Assembly (NCBI GenBank): GCA_963836235.1
Contig: CAWIIP010000001.1
Location: 224,001 to 288,000 of the forward strand
Length of the DNA stretch: 64,000 nt
Reading direction: 5' to 3'
Source: an uncultured Pseudomonadota bacterium
GTDB taxonomy: Bacteria > Oederibacteriota > Muellerivitia > Muellerivitales > Muellerivitaceae
The notes beneath the pieces are model-generated. The model did no database searches. It saw only the letters and a program-made list of their open reading frames with translations, and was not told the DNA's origin. This document shows, one piece after another, positions 35,039 through 45,305 of this stretch. The translations under genes were made by a program, and so were the position numbers. Positions within the stretch are counted from its first letter, which is position 1. Every line of letters starts with the position of its first letter.

Positions 35039-36328
35039 TTTACCGGTACGCCCAGTGGCACCACTTCACCGGGAGGGGAGACGCTCACACCGACCGGAAC
35101 CCCAACCAACACTGGGACATCCACAGAGACTTTTTGCGCGTCCTGCACTCAAACAACAACTGTTATTTGGACGTCAACAAACACACCGGCTATACCTGTT
35201 ACCTCCTTAACGCCCACTTTTACTACCACGGTGACCGATACGTTTACTCCCACGGATACGCCGACTTTTCCAGTCACCATCACCATTACGCCAACGGGAA
35301 CTCCGACTAATACTGGAACTCCCACCGTCACCCCGACTCCAATCAATAGTGGGGTGGTATCCACATTAGCGGGCTCCGTTAAAATAACCGGTTCAACCAA
35401 TGGAAACGGGACCGCTGCCTTGTTTTATGTGCCCACGGGCGTCGCGGTAGATACCTTCGGGAACGTTTACGTCGCGGATCAAGACAATGACCTAGTCCGG
35501 GAAATCCTTTCGGGAGGTGCGGTGACGACCTTAGCGGGTCAAGCCGGGGTCATTGGGGCCACCAACGCCACAGGTACAGCCGCGTCGTTCTTTTTACCCA
35601 CGGGTGTCGCCGTGGATTCCTCTGGGACGGTTTACGTCGCAGATCAAGGTAACGACTTGATTAGGGAAATCGCCCCCGGTGGAGCCGTATCGACATTGGC
35701 GGGGTCGGTGAGCGTTTCTGGGTCCGCAAACGGTCCAGCCGCCATTGCAAGGTTCAATTTGCCCGTTGGGGTCGCGGTAGATTTCTCCGGTAATGTGTAT
35801 GTCGCAGATTTTGGCAACAACATGATCCGGAAAATTTTTCCTGGCGGGGAGGTGACGACCTTGGCGGGGTCCGCGGGTGTGACCGGGACCGCCAATGGAA
35901 CCGGAAGCGCCGCATTGTTCAATGAGCCCATTGGAGTTGCCGTGGATTCCTCCGGGAACGTTTATGTGGGGGATCATGGCAACCACTTGGTCCGAAAAAT
36001 CACCTCTGGGGGGATAGTGACTACCCTGGCAGGGTCAGGGTCCGCCGGGGGCCTGAATGGAACGGGAACGGGCGCATCATTCTATGGACCGAATGGAGTT
36101 GCGGTTGATTCCACCGGGAACGTTTACGTGGCTGACGGCGTCTTAATCCGTGTCATCTCCCCCGGGGGAGTGGTTTCGACCCTGGCGGGGTCGGGGTCAG
36201 CCGGATCCGCAAATGGAACGGGAGCCGCCGCATCGTTCAATGGGGCCGAAGGAATCGCAGTCAATTTCTCCGGGAAAACCGTTTTCGTTGCAGATGAGGG
36301 AAACGAACTGATCCGGGAAATCCAATAA
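35033..36328 (+). CDS. NHL-repeat beta-propeller protein with Thr/Pro linker, apparently 5'-truncated
   Basis: Six F..P.GVAVD..GNVYVAD-type repeats; frame open from 35033 (TGTPSGTTSP...) with no ATG or signal peptide; first possible start is GTG 35231. Confidence 0.8.
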   Translation, partial: NEFTGTPSGTTSPGGETLTPTGTPTNTGTSTETFCASCTQTTTVIWTSTNTPAIPVTSLTPTFTTTVTDTFTPTDTPTFPVTITITPTGTPTNTGTPTVTPTPINSGVVSTLAGSVKITGSTNGNGTAALFYVPTGVAVDTFGNVYVADQDNDLVREILSGGAVTTLAGQAGVIGATNATGTAASFFLPTGVAVDSSGTVYVADQGNDLIREIAPGGAVSTLAGSVSVSGSANGPAAIARFNLPVGVAVDFSGNVYVADFGNNMIRKIFPGGEVTTLAGSAGVTGTANGTGSAALFNEPIGVAVDSSGNVYVGDHGNHLVRKITSGGIVTTLAGSGSAGGLNGTGTGASFYGPNGVAVDSTGNVYVADGVLIRVISPGGVVSTLAGSGSAGSANGTGAAASFNGAEGIAVNFSGKTVFVADEGNELIREIQ

Positions 36329-36689
36329 GGAATAAAGTTTTTTACCCATCGTTTCGATGAGGTTTTAAGCTTGAGGAATTAAGACAAGGTTGGCGCGATC
36401 ACGGAAGGCCGGCTTTATTTGGTGCTATTTGAGGATCATCCTGCGTTCAAATTTTTTCCAAGAATTCTCAATACGAACGAACTTTAACAGAGTGAAATAC
36501 AAAAAAATATTTTGGATTCAATAATTTAAGTGGATAACTGAATTCTTTTTTGCTGTAGAAAAACCTTTAATCTTAAATTCGGTGATGGGCGAGCACTGTT
36601 TTCAGGCGATATGCCTTTAAGTTCCTCGAGATTTTTCCTCCACAATTCACTCCACTTCGTCGGTACCACCACCAAGACTTTCACTTAAC

Positions 36690-37016
36690 CTACCGAGTAC
36701 CATCGGTTTGCCCGACGGGGTGGCTATCCCCCAATAAAAGGGCGGCTTTCGCGATGATTTTTTCCTGACTGGCCGGTTTGGCTAAAAGCCTGACATTGGA
36801 CAAGGCGTCCACCCATTGCTCCAATTCGGGCGTGATGTTGGAGGAAAAAACCAGCGTGGGCTTTTTTGACAGGATGGGGTTGGTCTTCAAAAGGTTGAGG
36901 AAAGTTCGGCCGTCCATCCCGGGCATTTCCAGGTCGGTGATGATCTGGTCCACATTCTTCTGGGCCATCTGGAAAAAGACCTGGCGGCCTTCCCGGTCTT
37001 GAATCGAAGAACTCAT
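36690..37016 (-). pseudogene. N-terminally incomplete receiver domain
   Basis: IITDLEMPGMDG, VFSS and LAKP present; first strand with the acidic pair is absent. Confidence 0.6.
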
Positions 37017-38177
37017 TTATTTTTTGTGGTAGGAATAGGCTTTCATCTTATTTGCGAATTCGGTAATAGGCGGTGTATTGTTTTCGGTCACAACATCTTT
37101 AAATTCTTCCAGCTTTTTCCGCTGTTCCTCATTCAGGTTCGTGGGTACCACCACCAAGACTTTCACGAATAAATGGCCCTGTCCTGATTCTTTGGGGTTC
37201 CGAATGCCTTTATCCTTTAAACGGAGGGTAAGGCCGGATTGGGTGCCGGAGGGAATCTTCATTTTGACCGGGCCTTCCAAAGTCGGGACTTCGATTTCAG
37301 CGCCTAAGGCGGCTTGGACAAGGGTGATAGGCACTTCTATATGAAGGTCCTTGCCTTCTCTTTTAAAGAAGATGTCCGGCTTCACATGCAGATAAACATA
37401 AAGATCCCCGGCGGGGCCGCCGTTCTGGCCTGCTTCGCCCTCGCCCCTGAACCGGAGGCGGGAGCCATCATCCGCGCCAGGGGGGACCTTGACGGAAAGA
37501 GTACGCTCTTTCTCCACACGCCCGTGGCCGTGACAGGTGGGGCAGGCCGCGCCGGGCAATTCCCCTTGGCCGTTGCAACGAGGACAAGTGCGGGCAGTGG
37601 TAAAAAAGCCTTGGGATTGGCGAATCTGGCCTGTGCCATGGCAAGTGGGACAAAGCACCTGGCCAGAACCGGCCACGGCGCCGGAGCCATGGCAAATGTC
37701 GCAGGTCGAGAGCTTTCGGAAATGGATATCGCGGGTGGTACCGAAAGCGGCCTCTTCAAAAGAGACTTCCAAATCAAAACGCAGGTCGTTGCCCGCTTCG
37801 CCCTCGCTTCGGGCCGTGGCCGAACGGCCTCGGCCCCGCCCACCGAAGAATTGGCTGAAAACATCATCCATATCGCCGAAGTCCTCGGAGCCGTTTCCGG
37901 GGCCTTGGGGGCGCCCTCCTCCGGCGTTGCCGTCCGAAAAGCCGCCCGCCCCGACCCCCGCGTGGCCGAATTGGTCGTACTCGGATTTCGTTTTGGGGTC
38001 CGAGAGGACCCCATAGGCCTCGTTGATTTCCTTGAACTTTTCCTCGGCGCCTTTGTTGTTGGGATTGACGTCCGGATGATATTTTTTAGCAAGGGTGCGG
38101 AAAGCGTTCTTGATCTCATCAGCGCTAGCGCTTTTTGAAATTCCCAATAGCTCGTAATAATCTTTTTTGGAAGCCAT
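37017..38177 (-). CDS. dnaJ: Molecular chaperone DnaJ
   Basis: DYYELLG, HPD, G/F region, four CxxCxGxG motifs. Confidence 0.96.
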   Translation of the reverse strand: MASKKDYYELLGISKSASADEIKNAFRTLAKKYHPDVNPNNKGAEEKFKEINEAYGVLSDPKTKSEYDQFGHAGVGAGGFSDGNAGGGRPQGPGNGSEDFGDMDDVFSQFFGGRGRGRSATARSEGEAGNDLRFDLEVSFEEAAFGTTRDIHFRKLSTCDICHGSGAVAGSGQVLCPTCHGTGQIRQSQGFFTTARTCPRCNGQGELPGAACPTCHGHGRVEKERTLSVKVPPGADDGSRLRFRGEGEAGQNGGPAGDLYVYLHVKPDIFFKREGKDLHIEVPITLVQAALGAEIEVPTLEGPVKMKIPSGTQSGLTLRLKDKGIRNPKESGQGHLFVKVLVVVPTNLNEEQRKKLEEFKDVVTENNTPPITEFANKMKAYSYHKK

Positions 38178-38317
38178 ATTTCTACACCCTTCAACCGGGG
38201 TTTGATGAACAAAAAGAAAGACCTACCCACACTTTACGCTTTAGTCCGGTTTCTTCCAGCCCCTGGGGCCTAATATTGAAATATTTTAAGTTGATGAAGG
38301 CCTGGGGAGGAATCGGC

Positions 38318-39097
38318 TTATTTGGTGAGGTTTTCGGTAACCACGTCTCCCACCAACAACAGCCCTTGTCCACCTGTAATGGAGGTGGTCAGGTTTCCGC
38401 TAACCGCTTCGAGCGTGTAGGAGCCCGAGGCGGGGTAGGCCGAGGAGGGGATGTTGACCGGGGAGCCCACGGTTCCGCAGGCGGGCGTGGTGAATGTGGT
38501 GACGCCGGAGGAATTAAGAACCTGCACGAGGCTCCAGATTCCCGAATTGGTCCAACTAACGGCGGAGCCATCCAGGGCTGGAGTGACGGGGCCCGGCATT
38601 TGTAAGGTGGCGGAAGCGGTACCGATGGAAGTGGCCGTAACCAGCGTCCAATTTGCCCCGTAGTCCGGAGGACCGACAGGTTGGTAATAGAAGTAATAAG
38701 CGTAGTTGACGCCATTGATACTCGTAGTGGATGAATAAGGCACGCTGGCATAGGGGGATCCTCCAGCGAGGACGGTCACGCCAGTCGTGGTTTCGGCGTT
38801 GCCATTGATCAGCAGGTCGAGTTCAACTGCGAAAATGGGGCTGGTCGATGAGGCGTAATTGACAACTCCGAGGACGATCTCGGCGGTATTCCAATAAATG
38901 CCCGAAGGCGTCACGGGAACCGGGGTGAGGGTCGCGCAAATATTGAAAGGGACCGGGGTGGAGGTGGCGGTGGGGATGGGGACGGACCCGGAGGACCCGG
39001 GAGACAAGGGGCTGACGGTATAGGTTTTCTGACAGCTGGCTCCCAAGATGAGGAGAAAAAGAAAGGCGAAGAGGGCCAGAAATTTCCGGGAAGTCAT
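38318..39097 (-). CDS. Hypothetical lipoprotein
   Basis: Lipobox LGAS-C, Pro/Thr linker, beta-rich body. Confidence 0.75.
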   Translation of the reverse strand: MTSRKFLALFAFLFLLILGASCQKTYTVSPLSPGSSGSVPIPTATSTPVPFNICATLTPVPVTPSGIYWNTAEIVLGVVNYASSTSPIFAVELDLLINGNAETTTGVTVLAGGSPYASVPYSSTTSINGVNYAYYFYYQPVGPPDYGANWTLVTATSIGTASATLQMPGPVTPALDGSAVSWTNSGIWSLVQVLNSSGVTTFTTPACGTVGSPVNIPSSAYPASGSYTLEAVSGNLTTSITGGQGLLLVGDVVTENLTK

Positions 39098-39155
39098 AAA
39101 TTGTCCTTGGACATATTCGAAGCAAAATTCTTCTCAAATTATCTATAATCCCGTT

Positions 39156-40343
39156 ATGAAAAGCACAGGGTATTTGAAAAATTGTGTCAGGTGGAAAAGA
39201 CTTTATATAGGGGGGGTAGTGGGTTTAGGTCTTTTCACTTTGATTCTCCCGCTTTTCGCCGATGACGAAATCCCTCCTCCACCCCTCCAGGCGCCGACGG
39301 AAGCCCCGCCCCAATATCAGTACCGGGTTCCATCCGATCTTTCGGACGGATGGAAGGTGGGGGACATACGAAAAGAAAAAATCGACTTTGAGCGGCTTTC
39401 CCGGGGAATCGACCGAATAACGGCCGGAGCCGTTGACGATGTTCACAGCCTCTTGGTGATAAGGCATGGCAAAATATTATTGGACGAATATTACAAGGGG
39501 CACTCGGCCCTCGACCCGCATCCTTTGTATTCCTGCACGAAGTCGGTCTTTTCCACGATCTATGGGATCGCCCAAGACCAGGGGCTTCTGAACCTGGACC
39601 AGAAAATTTTAGATTTTTACCCTGATGAGCGATCGAAGACCGGATGGGATTCCCGGAAGGATTCCATCACGGTGGCGATGCTTTTATCCATGACCTCCGG
39701 CCTGGATTGCAATGACGCCCCAACAACCGGAGTGAACTGCGGGGGAGCACTGGGCCAATCAAACGATTGGTTGGGCTTTTGTCTGGGATTGCCCCTGGCC
39801 CATGAGCCGGGGACGGCCTGGACCTACAACGGGGCCTGCTTGGTGCTTCTTTCCAACCTGATCGCCCAGAAAAGTGGCATGAGTTTAAAACAATACGCGA
39901 ACAAATATCTTTTGGTCCCCTTGGGTATCAAGGGTGATACCTGGGTGATCGGGCCTCAAGGTATTACCCGAGTGGACTACGGGCTCTATTGGAAGCCACG
40001 GGATATGGCCAAGCTAGGGCAGTTGTACCTGAACAAGGGCTTGTGGAATGGAAAACGGATTGTCTCGGAAGCCTGGGTGAAAGAGGCAACGACGGTGCAC
40101 GCGCCTTTAAAGCAGGCTTTCGGGGACAATTATGGTTACTTGTGGTATGTCACCGACATGCGATACAAAGGCCGGATGATTCAAGTGTTTGACGCCACCG
40201 GTTACCAGGGGCAGGCGATTTTCGTTTCCCCCGACTTGGACTTGGTTTGTGTGATGACGGCGGGAAGCGATACTTCTCAAATTTATGGGCAGGAAATGAA
40301 CCTTTTCGAGGATTTCATTCTCGGATGTTTCACAAACCCCTAG
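39156..40343 (+). CDS. Serine hydrolase, beta-lactamase class C / NylB-like
   Basis: [33 protein letters not shown]. Confidence 0.88.
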   Translation: MKSTGYLKNCVRWKRLYIGGVVGLGLFTLILPLFADDEIPPPPLQAPTEAPPQYQYRVPSDLSDGWKVGDIRKEKIDFERLSRGIDRITAGAVDDVHSLLVIRHGKILLDEYYKGHSALDPHPLYSCTKSVFSTIYGIAQDQGLLNLDQKILDFYPDERSKTGWDSRKDSITVAMLLSMTSGLDCNDAPTTGVNCGGALGQSNDWLGFCLGLPLAHEPGTAWTYNGACLVLLSNLIAQKSGMSLKQYANKYLLVPLGIKGDTWVIGPQGITRVDYGLYWKPRDMAKLGQLYLNKGLWNGKRIVSEAWVKEATTVHAPLKQAFGDNYGYLWYVTDMRYKGRMIQVFDATGYQGQAIFVSPDLDLVCVMTAGSDTSQIYGQEMNLFEDFILGCFTNP

Positions 40344-40462
40344 GGCGCCTCCTCATCCGACCGACGAACTCGCTCCTTTACCCATCCTTGCGAGGGAAAG
40401 TCCTTTCCCCTATAATTCGCTCTTTCATCGCCCTGCCGCATAATAACTTTCAAGGAGAACCC

Positions 40463-41779
40463 ATGTCCCTCGATTTCCTGAAAAACGCCGATCCCGCCGT
40501 TTGGGAGGCGAATCGAAACGAGCTCAAGCGCCAGAACGAAAAACTGGAAATGATCGCCTCGGAAAATTTCACCAGCCTGGCGGTCATGGCCGCGCAAGGC
40601 GGGGTGATGACCAATAAATACGCCGAAGGCTATCCGGGCAACCGCTATTACGGCGGCTGTGAGTACGTGGACGTGGTGGAAAACCTGGCCCGGGAAAGGG
40701 CCGCCAAGATTTTCTCCAACGCCGAATACGTGAACGTGCAGCCCCATTCGGGGAGCCAGGCCAACATGGCCGTCTATTTCACCTTCGTGAAACCGGGCGA
40801 CACCATCCTGGGATTGGATTTGTCCCACGGTGGCCACCTGACCCATGGCAGCAAGGTGAATTTTTCGGGGAAGATGTACAACTTCTTCGCCTACCAGACC
40901 CGCAAGGAAGACGGCCGGGTGGATTTGGACCAGGTGAAGGATCTGGCGCGTCAGCATAAGCCCAAGATGATCAGCATCGGCGCCTCCGCTTACTCCCGGG
41001 ACTGGGATTACGCCGAGTTCCGAAAAATCGCCGACGAGGTCGGGGCCTTTCTCTGGGCGGATATCGCCCACACGGCCGGCTTGATCGCGGCGGGGGAGCT
41101 TAACAACCCCATGGCTTTCTGCCACGTGGTTACCACCACCACCCACAAGACCTTGCGTGGCCCCCGGGGCGGGATGATCCTCATGGGGAAGGATTTCGAT
41201 AATCCCTTCGGCATCACGGCGCCCAAGAGCGGCCGTACCCGAAAGATGAGCGAGCTTTTGGACAGACAAATTATCCCGGGTATCCAGGGCGGGCCCTTGA
41301 TGCACGTGGTGGCGGCCAAGGCCGTGGCCTTCGGGGAAATCCTGAAGCCGACGTTCAAGGATTACGCCAAGCAGATCAAGGTGAACGCCAAGGCGCTTTG
41401 CGAGGCACTGATGGGCTACGGGTTCCAAGTGGTTTCGTCCGGAACGGACAATCACTTGATGCTCATTGACCTTCGCAACAAGAAGATCAATGGGAAACAG
41501 GCACAATTGGCCCTCGACGAGGCTAATATTACCGCCAACAAAAACGCAGTGCCTTGGGACACCGAATCACCCCTGCTTACTAGCGGTTTGAGGCTGGGTT
41601 CGCCAGCCCTGACGACCCGAGGCTTCAAGGAAGCGGAATTCAAGCTGATCGCCAAGTGGATCAACGACGTGGTTTCAGCCCCCGAGGATATGGGGGTGCG
41701 GAATAAGGTGAAGGGCGAAATCGGGGAAGTGACCAAGAAGTTTCCACTTTATCCGGAGCTGCTTCAGCAAACGAATTGA
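40463..41779 (+). CDS. glyA: Serine hydroxymethyltransferase
   Basis: [36 protein letters not shown]; AAGGAG RBS. Confidence 0.97.
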   Translation: MSLDFLKNADPAVWEANRNELKRQNEKLEMIASENFTSLAVMAAQGGVMTNKYAEGYPGNRYYGGCEYVDVVENLARERAAKIFSNAEYVNVQPHSGSQANMAVYFTFVKPGDTILGLDLSHGGHLTHGSKVNFSGKMYNFFAYQTRKEDGRVDLDQVKDLARQHKPKMISIGASAYSRDWDYAEFRKIADEVGAFLWADIAHTAGLIAAGELNNPMAFCHVVTTTTHKTLRGPRGGMILMGKDFDNPFGITAPKSGRTRKMSELLDRQIIPGIQGGPLMHVVAAKAVAFGEILKPTFKDYAKQIKVNAKALCEALMGYGFQVVSSGTDNHLMLIDLRNKKINGKQAQLALDEANITANKNAVPWDTESPLLTSGLRLGSPALTTRGFKEAEFKLIAKWINDVVSAPEDMGVRNKVKGEIGEVTKKFPLYPELLQQTN

Positions 41780-41901
41780 ACCGCAAATCCCTTGACTGCC
41801 GCAAAGGGTCTTTGAACAAGAAATCACCTGATTTTAAAAATGTTGTTGCGGCGCTTAGATCCTGGATGGTACGCCGGTTAAAGGACTTTTGAAGAGAAGT
41901 T

Positions 41902-42945
41902 TTACTTGCCCACGGGAGTGGGCAGTCCCGCGGTGGGGATGGGGGAGGCCCCTCCCGTCACGACACGAGCCAGGGCCCAGCTGGGCGAGGCCCCGCCTTC
42001 CACGTTCAAGTTTTTCGATTCAGTGCCATTATTATTAGCCAAATAAATATTCAAGGCCACGTCCTCGCCCGTTCCATAGGAACAGTACAAGATCTTCCGG
42101 TCGTTCTGAGCGAATTTGGGACAGAGGCTTCGATTGTCATTGGTGATGTTGACGGGGTTGCCGCCGTCGGCGGCATCGATCGTATAAACCTGGGTGGTAT
42201 TCGACCGGTAAAGATTAAAGAGGATTTTTCTGCCGTCCATCGAAAAAGAGGGAGACCCGACGTTCCAATCGGTATAGGCCGTTAATTTTTTAAGGCTCTT
42301 GTCCGAGAGGGACATGGTCCAAATGTTGTAAACGTTATTGTCCAGGTCGGTGATAAAAAGAATGGATTTCCCGTCGGGAGAAAATTGGGGGCAAAGGGCT
42401 GAATGATCCAGAAGAAGGGTCTCGGGGTTGAAACCATCTGAATCCATCATCCATATGTCGCCCTCGATACTGTAAATAATTTTTTTGCCATCAAACGACC
42501 AGGACGGAGCGTCATTGACCAATAAATTTTGGTCACCGCTTTTGAGCGAATTGGTCTCATCAAACGTCAACTGAACCCGGTTTGAACCGTCAAGATTGAT
42601 TTTCCATAGGTTGTAAACACCCGAGTCGGACTTGCTGTTGCTGTCCGTATCAACCGCGTTCGACCAATAAACCACTTGACCATCCTTGGGGGAGCAAGCG
42701 GGATACCATTCGGTGCTTTTGCCGCTGGTTAAGGGCGTGGTTTGCGACGAATCCAAATCCAAACGAACCAAATGGCCTCTTTGGACAAAAACCACGCTTC
42801 CGGAAGGAAGAACGGGGGTGGGAGTGGGGACCGGTGGAGGGATATCCACTTTTTTAGGTTTGCAAGCGGTTGAAAAAACTGTTCCAAAAATAAGAACGAA
42901 AACCCATAACAAGGCCAGTTTCGAGAAGGCGGAAGAGGTTTTCAT
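41902..42945 (-). CDS. TolB-like (PD40) beta-propeller lipoprotein
   Basis: Lipobox FSTA-C; repeated P.(W/F)SPDG.KI motifs. Confidence 0.82.
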   Translation of the reverse strand: MKTSSAFSKLALLWVFVLIFGTVFSTACKPKKVDIPPPVPTPTPVLPSGSVVFVQRGHLVRLDLDSSQTTPLTSGKSTEWYPACSPKDGQVVYWSNAVDTDSNSKSDSGVYNLWKINLDGSNRVQLTFDETNSLKSGDQNLLVNDAPSWSFDGKKIIYSIEGDIWMMDSDGFNPETLLLDHSALCPQFSPDGKSILFITDLDNNVYNIWTMSLSDKSLKKLTAYTDWNVGSPSFSMDGRKILFNLYRSNTTQVYTIDAADGGNPVNITNDNRSLCPKFAQNDRKILYCSYGTGEDVALNIYLANNNGTESKNLNVEGGASPSWALARVVTGGASPIPTAGLPTPVGK

Positions 42946-42953
42946 TTTCTGGC

Positions 42954-44264
42954 TCACTTTTTCGACCAGCAGGGGGATTGAATCCCAGTGGCGGCAATTC
43001 TTGTCTTGTTGGCTCCCGTGTGGGCGTCCATCACCCAAAGTTCCCCGGACTGGAGATAGGCTATCTTACTTCCATCTGGTGACCAGATAGCGTAGTCCAC
43101 GCCCGGTTCGGTTAAATATTTGAGACTGCCGGAATCTTTATCCGAGGCGAATTTTTCCACAATTGCCACACGATACATCATTTCAACGGGATCCTGTTTG
43201 GCTAAAACCATCAAAGTCGTCCCGGATTCGGCGGGAGAGAAGGACACCAAGGGTCCCAAAAGGGGACCGGACAAGCCGACTAAAACCTTGGGAGTAGAGG
43301 TCTGGGCCGAAGCGGAGTAAACCACGGTATTGTCCGATATATAGGCCACATCCCGGGCATCCGAAGACCATGAAATATCAGAAAGGGGAACAGAAGATTC
43401 CGCTAATTTTAGGTCGTCCCTCAAACGTGGATTAGCGAGGTTCAGGCTAAAGTATTGAACCCCCTTTTTCACCAAATAGGCCACATACCGGTTGTCGCGA
43501 TGGGGAGCCCACTCAATCGCCGAAATGGAATAATTTGTATCCACCGTGGTAAGGCTTTCCTGGGCATAGGAGTCCATTCCGATCTTCCAAACCTGGTTAT
43601 GATAATAAAAGACTATTTCATCACTGCGGGGAGACCAAGAGAAAGGTGGTTTTAGATTACTGGCGTCCACAAATCTCATATCGTCAAAAGAAGTTAATTG
43701 CAGGGTTTCTGCGGTTCCTTTTTTGAGGATGAATAAATTCATTTTTCCGTCTTTCATATCCGAAAGAAAAGCCAACCATTTTCCATTGGGTGACCAAAGT
43801 GGAAACCATGAACTGGTTCCGACCGGCGTCAATCGATTCCGATTTGTGCCGTCGGTATTCATGGTCCAAAGCGTGGGTTTACCTTGCTCAATGGTTGTAA
43901 AAGCGATTTTTTCAATTTCCTGGGGTGTCGCCGTGGGTGTGGCTGTGGTCGTATCGGTTGGTTTTGGCTTTGTGATGGTCATTTCTTCGGAAGACTCAAG
44001 GACAGGCTGCTTTGGAACGGGGTTATTTAATACCGGGGTAGGGGGAGCGGATGGAGGGGCGGCTTGGGGAAGAATGGCCGCAGGTGCCGGAATGACAGGG
44101 GAATTTACAGTTGTTTTGACAGTTTGAGCTGAAGTAACGGGTTTAAAAAAGGGAAGGGATCGTTTTCCGCATCCCGGGATATTGACGTCACATCCTGTGG
44201 AAAGGAGCAACAACAATAATAGCATTGCGGAGAAAATCGAGAGGCTTTTTAAGGTTTCGCGCAA
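42954..44264 (-). CDS. TolB-like (PD40) beta-propeller lipoprotein with Pro/Thr linker
   Basis: Lipobox LSTG-C; PLWSPNGKWLAF, WSPDGSKIAY. Confidence 0.82.
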   Translation of the reverse strand: MRETLKSLSIFSAMLLLLLLLSTGCDVNIPGCGKRSLPFFKPVTSAQTVKTTVNSPVIPAPAAILPQAAPPSAPPTPVLNNPVPKQPVLESSEEMTITKPKPTDTTTATPTATPQEIEKIAFTTIEQGKPTLWTMNTDGTNRNRLTPVGTSSWFPLWSPNGKWLAFLSDMKDGKMNLFILKKGTAETLQLTSFDDMRFVDASNLKPPFSWSPRSDEIVFYYHNQVWKIGMDSYAQESLTTVDTNYSISAIEWAPHRDNRYVAYLVKKGVQYFSLNLANPRLRDDLKLAESSVPLSDISWSSDARDVAYISDNTVVYSASAQTSTPKVLVGLSGPLLGPLVSFSPAESGTTLMVLAKQDPVEMMYRVAIVEKFASDKDSGSLKYLTEPGVDYAIWSPDGSKIAYLQSGELWVMDAHTGANKTRIAATGIQSPCWSKK

Positions 44265-44355
44265 TCTTTGATCCCCAAAGGAAGTTCTTGTCGTTCACCT
44301 AATCTGGAAGGCAGTTTATGGGTTCAATCCTGAAAAGTCAACGAAATCAACGTTT

Positions 44356-45243
44356 TTAGGGGCTTGTAGACTCACTTTGCGTCTCTAAAAAGATTTGAGA
44401 ACCTTTGGTATCCCGTTTTACAAAAGCGGAAAGGTGCGGATAGCCTCGAAAGGGTTTGGGGATTTTAGTTTCCTCGCCATTTTGAATGGCCTTCACTAAA
44501 GCTGTATCCGGTTCAAGGTCGATTAGATTACCCTTGTTTACTAAATCCGAATTTTTGTCCAACAACATCGCGGCTTGCGTGGACACTTGCAGAATAAGCA
44601 GGGACGGGTCGACTAGGAGAAAAGGTTTCTCATCTTTTTGACTTTTTGGAGGAAAGGATTGGGAGGGCGGGGCTTGAGCGGGTATTGGGCCAGTAAAGTC
44701 TTTAACCGAAGGTACCGCTAGATTTTTGGACGAGGCGACCTTCCTCTTTTGCGTTAACTCCATCATTAAGCCGGTTAAGAGGGCTGACGAAAAAGCCAAA
44801 AAGCCCCAAAGAAGAGGGCCAGGCCATGGTCTATAGATTAAAATAAATTCTTTGGTATTTTGTGGGTCAACATTCGAGGAAACGCGGTAACTCCAATTGG
44901 TTGGAAAGACGAACTCCGTACCTTCCGAAATGGAGCTGGTTAGAAAATCCTGATTCCCACCCTTCGATGTCACCTTGGAGTTTACTTTGACTTGAAAAGC
45001 TCGAAGCCCGTCAAGTTTCTCGATGTTTTTGGACCAATCAATCACGGCCATATCATCTTTTAATTCTTGTGCATAGCAGAGGTGGGCGAAAGCCAATTGT
45101 CCTATTTCACCAACACGGATGATATCTTGTTGGTAAGAAAGGTTAAATCCCAGGGCAAAAGCCAAGATCGGAAAAAGAGATAATAGGATAAATCGACCGC
45201 GGTTGAGAAAGGTGAATGGATTCATAATCTTTCCTTTGGGCAC
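44356..45243 (-). CDS. Hypothetical two-TM protein with possible degenerate C-terminal PAS-like region
   Basis: Two hydrophobic helices flanking a loop; FLLVDPSLLILQVSTQAAMLL. Confidence 0.6.
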   Translation of the reverse strand: MPKGKIMNPFTFLNRGRFILLSLFPILAFALGFNLSYQQDIIRVGEIGQLAFAHLCYAQELKDDMAVIDWSKNIEKLDGLRAFQVKVNSKVTSKGGNQDFLTSSISEGTEFVFPTNWSYRVSSNVDPQNTKEFILIYRPWPGPLLWGFLAFSSALLTGLMMELTQKRKVASSKNLAVPSVKDFTGPIPAQAPPSQSFPPKSQKDEKPFLLVDPSLLILQVSTQAAMLLDKNSDLVNKGNLIDLEPDTALVKAIQNGEETKIPKPFRGYPHLSAFVKRDTKGSQIFLETQSESTSP

Positions 45244-45305
45244 TTTAAATATAATATAATCACGTTTCGCCTAGCATTTTAACGAAATCACTGAAAGCTT
45301 CGACC

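Noticed and set aside
39156-40343. Antibiotic-resistance beta-lactamase
   Set aside because: SxxK/YxN-type motifs are shared by the broad esterase/amidase family; nothing here indicates beta-lactam specificity.
37314-41506. Long overlapping alternative-frame ORFs on dnaJ and glyA
   Set aside because: Shadows of conserved GC-rich genes with no domain signatures.
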